Source of the DNA: Nitrososphaeria archaeon
Lineage (GTDB): Archaea > Thermoproteota > Nitrososphaeria > Nitrososphaerales > JAAOZN01
DNA: 64,000 nucleotides
Direction of reading: 5' to 3'
NCBI GenBank assembly: GCA_029775855.1
Contig: JARVJZ010000001.1
Span: forward strand, 64,001 to 128,000
The notes under the pieces are model-generated. The model ran no database searches, had not been told where the DNA came from, and saw nothing but the letters and a program-made list of their open reading frames with translations. Made by a program: the position numbers and the translations under genes. Shown here one piece after another: positions 59,904 to 64,000 of the stretch; within the stretch, counting starts at the first letter, position 1, and each line of letters opens with the position of its first letter.

Positions 59904-60017
59904 CCCATTAAAGATTTAGATATTAAGGATATTTTAAAGTATACTAAGACCGTTAAGAATATAATCTATTACCTGCATCTCTCATCAAGATGGGTCCTGA
60001 AGAGCAAAGGAAATGTC

Positions 60018-60677
60018 GTGCTCAAACTCACAGGAAGCCTCTTTGATAGAGACGCTGAGGATATTAGAGCTGTATCTAAAGTGCTTACAGATGTTCTTAA
60101 AGAGTTATGTGGGTTAACAGTAGTTACAGGAGGAGGTAAAGCGGCTAGGCACTACATAGATATTGCTACGAGGTTGGGTGCAGACCAATCTACCCTAGAC
60201 GAAATCGGAACAGAAGCTTCAAGAATAAACGCTAAACTCCTAATAATCACATTAGGCTCCTTAGCCTATCCTTATCCGCCAGACACCCTAGAGGAAGCGG
60301 TTAAAGCTGTATCTACGGGTAAAGTGGTTGTAGCTGGAGGATTCCAGCCTGGGCAGAGCACTAATGCTGTAGCCTCGCTTTTGGCTGAGCGTCTCTCAGC
60401 ATCCCTCTTCATAAATGCTACTGATGTTGAGGGTGTGTATGATAAAGACCCTAAGAGGTTTAGAGATGCTAAGCTTCTTAAAAAGGTCTCCGTTGCTGAG
60501 TTAAGGCGCATATTAGAAGGCAGCTCAACTTATGCCGGAACATATGAGTTGATGGATCCTCTGGCTCTTAAGATTATAGAGCGCTCTAAAATACCTACCC
60601 GCATCATCAAGTGCAGCCCCGAGTGTATAAGAGGTGCTTTAGTAGGTAGAGATATAGGCACGTTAATAGTAGGTTAA
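60018..60677 (+). CDS. pyrH: UMP kinase
   Basis: KLTGS, TGGG, PGQSTNAV, DGVYDKDP-like motif; the frame extends upstream to a CTG at 59997. Confidence 0.93.
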   Translation: MLKLTGSLFDRDAEDIRAVSKVLTDVLKELCGLTVVTGGGKAARHYIDIATRLGADQSTLDEIGTEASRINAKLLIITLGSLAYPYPPDTLEEAVKAVSTGKVVVAGGFQPGQSTNAVASLLAERLSASLFINATDVEGVYDKDPKRFRDAKLLKKVSVAELRRILEGSSTYAGTYELMDPLALKIIERSKIPTRIIKCSPECIRGALVGRDIGTLIVG

Positions 60678-60682
60678 GTGGT

Positions 60683-60898
60683 ATGTCACAGCAAAAGACG
60701 TTGATACCCCCTCATACACATTGTAAGGTATGTGGTAAAGCTATACCAGTTGGAAAGAGCTACTGCTCTAATGAGTGTAGGGAGAGCGAGGTTAAGAGTC
60801 AGCAGAGAGCAAAGAGGCTCTCAAGAATATATACGCTCTTCTTCATAGCCTTAATGATAATAATCATCCTAATGACAGCTTTAACACCACGGGGGTAA
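60683..60898 (+). CDS. DUF2116-like Zn-ribbon protein with C-terminal TM helix
   Basis: PPHTHCKVCGKAIP...YCSNEC followed by a hydrophobic tail. Confidence 0.85.
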   Translation: MSQQKTLIPPHTHCKVCGKAIPVGKSYCSNECRESEVKSQQRAKRLSRIYTLFFIALMIIIILMTALTPRG

Positions 60899-60946
60899 AA
60901 GCAGTTTAAATTAGAGCAGAGCAATAGGGGGTATAGGCGGGGGCGC

Positions 60947-61106
60947 GCGGGGGTTAGTCCAAACACCCCCAACCCGAGCCAGGTCAAAGCCTTGAGTTAG
61001 GCGACAAAAGGGGGCAGAGCAAAAGCGCCTAAACTCAAGATCTGCTCGGTCAGCCGTTCGTGGGTTCAAAACCCTCTAGTAGAGGGTGAAACTCCCACCC
61101 CCCGCA
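60947..61106 (+). tRNA. tRNA-Leu(CAA) with four predicted BHB introns (9/10, 21/22, 30/31, 59/60)
   Basis: Removing 60956-60972, 60988-61008, 61018-61032 and 61071-61092 gives GCGGGGG TT CCCG AGCCAGGTCAA AGGG G GCAGA CT-CAA-GA TCTGC, a long variable arm, GTGGG TTCAAAT CCCAC CCCCCGC A; TTTAAATT box at 60905-60912. Confidence 0.85.
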
Positions 61107-61119
61107 CTAGTATTCTTAG

Positions 61120-62433
61120 CTAGGTTTGTTGATAGGGTTCTATTTTTAATATGGGTCCATCTTTTTGAATTACTTTTACTTTTTGCCCCTTGGTTATGTC
61201 TTGGTCTGAGGTTGCTTGCCAATATTCTGCTCCGCATCTCACTAAGCCAATCTTTCCCTTAGGTATATCTTCAACCGCAACACATACGCCGCCTACGATG
61301 TCTCCTATTGCTGGCGGTCTCTTTCTGGCTTGAATCACCTTATAGGCTGCAAATATGAAGAAGGCGCCGATAATCAACGGAGCCAATAGTGTGATTAGAA
61401 GTAGTTGATTTAGTAAGTCAGTTGAAACAAGCCACGGGCCGGTGGGCAGCGTTGGGAAGAGTAGTATCCCGCCGATTATTATGCAAGCAAAGCCGGCGCC
61501 GCCAAGCAACCCGAAGCCTGGTGTGAATAACTCAGCGAGAAGCAAAACCGCACCCAAAGCTATCAGCAGTATCCCACCTATGAATATTCCCGTTAAGCCA
61601 AGACCTATTAAGCCAAGTATAAGGCAGATACCTCCTATTACCTCGCTGCCGTAGCCTGGTGATGTTAACCCAAAGATTAGTGCGTAGAGTCCTGCAATAA
61701 AGAGTATATAGGATATTATTGGATCTGATAGAACCTTCAGGATCTGTAGTCTTAGACTTGGTTCCCACCACACAATCTTTAGCCCTTCTGTTTTGATTAC
61801 GTATTCTCCTTCAAGAAGTTCTACTTTGACCCCATCTATCATCTTAAGCAGTTCTTCAACGGAGTCAGCTACATACTCTATTACCCCCATCTTTTTCGCT
61901 TCTTCTGCTGAAAGGTTTAGGTTTTCTTTTATGAAGCGTGCCGCTGTAGTCTCATTTCTTCCGTGCATCCTTGCCTTTTCAACCAAAAATGTGGTTAAGG
62001 CGTTGATAGTTTTCGTGTCATTTATAGGTTGTGTGCCGCCTAAGGGGTTATAGGCTACTGGCTGGGCTGAACCTAGGATTGTGTGAGGCGCCATAGATGC
62101 TATATGTGTGGAGAGGAGGATGTATGTGCCTGCTGACCAAGCTCTAGCGCCCTTTGGGTAAACGTAGCCTATTACTGGCACGGTTGAGCGCTCTATTCTA
62201 TCTATTATCTTTATTGTAGCATCTAGATTCCCGCCTGGTGTATCAATTAATATTATAAGAGGAGTGTTAAGTGCTTCCGCTTCTCTTAGTGCTTCATCTA
62301 TTACCTCACTTGACATCGCGGTTATGGTTCCATCTACCTTTACTGCTATTATGTGGTCTGCTTTTGCTGAATATGCTGCGCCTAAAAGCGTTAATAGAAG
62401 AATAAATATTAGGGGTATCGCTTTCTTCAGCAC
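61120..62433 (-). CDS. nfeD: NfeD membrane-bound ClpP-class protease
   Basis: DTPGG, AWSAG, TM block, C-terminal OB fold (EYWQA); paired with slipin. Confidence 0.92.
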   Translation of the reverse strand: MLKKAIPLIFILLLTLLGAAYSAKADHIIAVKVDGTITAMSSEVIDEALREAEALNTPLIILIDTPGGNLDATIKIIDRIERSTVPVIGYVYPKGARAWSAGTYILLSTHIASMAPHTILGSAQPVAYNPLGGTQPINDTKTINALTTFLVEKARMHGRNETTAARFIKENLNLSAEEAKKMGVIEYVADSVEELLKMIDGVKVELLEGEYVIKTEGLKIVWWEPSLRLQILKVLSDPIISYILFIAGLYALIFGLTSPGYGSEVIGGICLILGLIGLGLTGIFIGGILLIALGAVLLLAELFTPGFGLLGGAGFACIIIGGILLFPTLPTGPWLVSTDLLNQLLLITLLAPLIIGAFFIFAAYKVIQARKRPPAIGDIVGGVCVAVEDIPKGKIGLVRCGAEYWQATSDQDITKGQKVKVIQKDGPILKIEPYQQT

Positions 62434-62447
62434 ACTTAGGTTCCTCT

Positions 62448-63230
62448 TTACTCGCTCTTTGCCTTCTCTCCTTTTAGCAGCCCGATAAGAGTTCCTAAGT
62501 CTGTTTGGGCTCCTGTTGTTGTGACTACGATAAGGTTTTTCTCTCGTGCTATCTCAGCTAATGTTTGAAGCTCTCTTAGCCTCATAGCCATAGTTGTCTT
62601 CTCATACATCGCTGCTGCTTCAGCCATCTTGGCTGCTGCTTGGTATTCACCGTCAGCCACTATGATTCTTGATCTTCGTTCACGCTCAGCTTCGGCTTGC
62701 TTTGCTATAGCTCTTTGCATAACTTCCGGTAATGTGACATCCTTTATCGCTACAGCTTGAACCTTTATCCCCCAGGCATCTGTTGCTGCGTCAAGTATCT
62801 CAGTCAACCTTTTGCTGAGTTCTTCCCTCTTAGAGAGCAGCTCATCCAACTCAACTTGCCCGAGCACGTCTCTTAAGGTGGTTTGCGCCAAAAGGTTGGT
62901 TGCAAGAATATAGTTCTCCACAGAGACTACTGCTTTCTGAGGGTCGAAGACACGGTAGTAGACTACTGCGTCAACATCAACGCTTACATTATCGCGGGTT
63001 ATCACCCTCTGTTTTGCGACGTCAAAGGTTATCACCCTTAGATCAACCACTCTAAACACGTCTATTATAGGTATTCTGAAGAAGAGCCCCGGTCCTTTGG
63101 CTCCTATGAGCCTACCTAATCTGAACATTACTGCCCTTTCATATTCTTTTACGATTCTTATCGAAGCTCTCAGAAAGGATAAGACGATGATTACCACTAA
63201 TATTCCAGCGAATATTTCGACCTCCGCCAT
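62448..63230 (-). CDS. Slipin/stomatin (SPFH) protein
   Basis: EYERAVMFRLGR, ITRDNV, AQTTLR, QAEAERERR. Confidence 0.95.
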   Translation of the reverse strand: MAEVEIFAGILVVIIVLSFLRASIRIVKEYERAVMFRLGRLIGAKGPGLFFRIPIIDVFRVVDLRVITFDVAKQRVITRDNVSVDVDAVVYYRVFDPQKAVVSVENYILATNLLAQTTLRDVLGQVELDELLSKREELSKRLTEILDAATDAWGIKVQAVAIKDVTLPEVMQRAIAKQAEAERERRSRIIVADGEYQAAAKMAEAAAMYEKTTMAMRLRELQTLAEIAREKNLIVVTTTGAQTDLGTLIGLLKGEKAKSE

Positions 63231-63570
63231 CTAAAACACTGCCAGTTACTTATTTTAGGCTGTAGATAAAAGTTACTAAAGTCTTTCTCACTTAGGCTCC
63301 ACATAGCAATATTATATGCTACAAGATTGCTGGTCTGCTGTGTGGTAAAGAGTTTCAGAGAGAGTGTTATGACTGTAGTAGAATTATCTATCTTGATTGT
63401 ACTAAAACTAGCTTGTCCCCGCGGGGTTTTGACGACTGCTATGAAGTCTTCCAAGCCATCGATACATAATGACGAATGGTAACCACAAGATACTAAGGGG
63501 AGCAGATAAGATTTGGAGAACTAAACCCTACCAATTCCAATTAAGAATTACAAGCTTAGCTCACAGTGTG

Positions 63571-63642
63571 AGGAGGGGGTGGGATTTGAACCCACGTGTA
63601 TCCGCTCTGCAGGCGGACGCGTAGCCGCTCCGCCACCCCTCC
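63571..63642 (-). tRNA. tRNA-Cys(GCA), intronless
   Basis: Minus strand: GGAGGGG...TCCGC-CT GCA GA-GCGGA...GTGGG TTCAAAT CCCAC CCCCTCC T; U73 discriminator; TTTATATA box at 63670-63677. Confidence 0.95.
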
Positions 63643-63703
63643 ATACATCCTATCTTTGAGTTTAAGAGGTATATAAAGGGCTTAAGGGTGTATGCCTCAG
63701 CTT

Positions 63704-64000
63704 TTAGCTTTGTTTAGCTGCTTGTCTTTTATGTTGTGTGTATACTTCGATTGCTTTCTCTACTGCTGCGAGTGGTGCGAGTCGCTCTATGCTTAGTAGG
63801 ATTATTTTGTTGAGCCAGTAGAATACGAGTATACATAGCTTCTCTCTTACTGCTAATATGCATTCGACTGAGCCCATCTTTTCGTTCCAGCTTTCTCTTT
63901 CTTTCTTTCTTGCTGCTGCTTGCTTAGCGTATCTTTGGAGGTCTTCTTTTGTGAGGATTATGTCTACGTTGGGTTTGCAGGCGAACTTTAGCACTTCTCC
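63704..64000 (-). CDS. C-terminal part of a DUF6659/roadblock-like protein, truncated by window edge
   Basis: Frame is open to base 64000; QAAAR...MGSVECILAVREKL...IILLSIE resembles a thaumarchaeal family (from memory). Confidence 0.5.
   Translation of the reverse strand, partial: GEVLKFACKPNVDIILTKEDLQRYAKQAAARKKERESWNEKMGSVECILAVREKLCILVFYWLNKIILLSIERLAPLAAVEKAIEVYTQHKRQAAKQS

Noticed and set aside
60937-60946. tRNA-Leu starting at 60937 with C8 (C-to-U editing as in Methanopyrus)
   Set aside because: The second GCGGGGG gives the normal U8 and a BHB in register; the first copy gives no comparable BHB.
60799-60987. 62-aa minus-strand ORF
   Set aside because: It overlaps the tRNA gene and the DUF2116-like gene.
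1-64000. CRISPR array, IS element, integrase or prophage
   Set aside because: I saw no regularly spaced repeats and no transposase, integrase or viral hallmark ORFs.

Overview
Archaeal chromosomal DNA, gene-dense with many TTG/GTG starts and short convergent overlaps. The content (TFB, aRF1, pelota, exosome-type DnaG, eL13, aIF1, DKFP-type shikimate pathway, a NuoD with the QHPGSGH/ERPxIHDS variant, a DUF6659-like ORF) points to a TACK archaeon, most likely a deep-branching Thaumarchaeota/Nitrososphaerota relative; this placement is inferred, not searched. Most of the window is housekeeping: guaA, an orphan complex-I Q-module (nuoB-nuoI-nuoCD) with an MFS gene, sugar-nucleotide genes, cyoE, moeA-xdhC-mocA, tatAC, acr3, an Lhr repair cluster, cysS, a 10-gene aromatic amino acid operon, two TFBs, ThiF plus JAMM, SRP RNA, pyrH, nfeD-slipin and tRNA-Cys. 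I saw no CRISPR array, transposase or prophage. The most striking features are absent from the ORF track. (1) A tRNA-Leu(CAA) gene appears to be split by four bulge-helix-bulge introns; it has a leader that duplicates the acceptor strand and an intron antisense to the anticodon region. (2) A 54-aa Cys/His-rich peptide gene is divergent from acr3. (3) 19-codon uORFs with stems sit in the leaders of the aro operon and of aIF1. (4) A hemerythrin-like ORF has an ATT start. All assignments come from motif recognition by eye; no searches were run.
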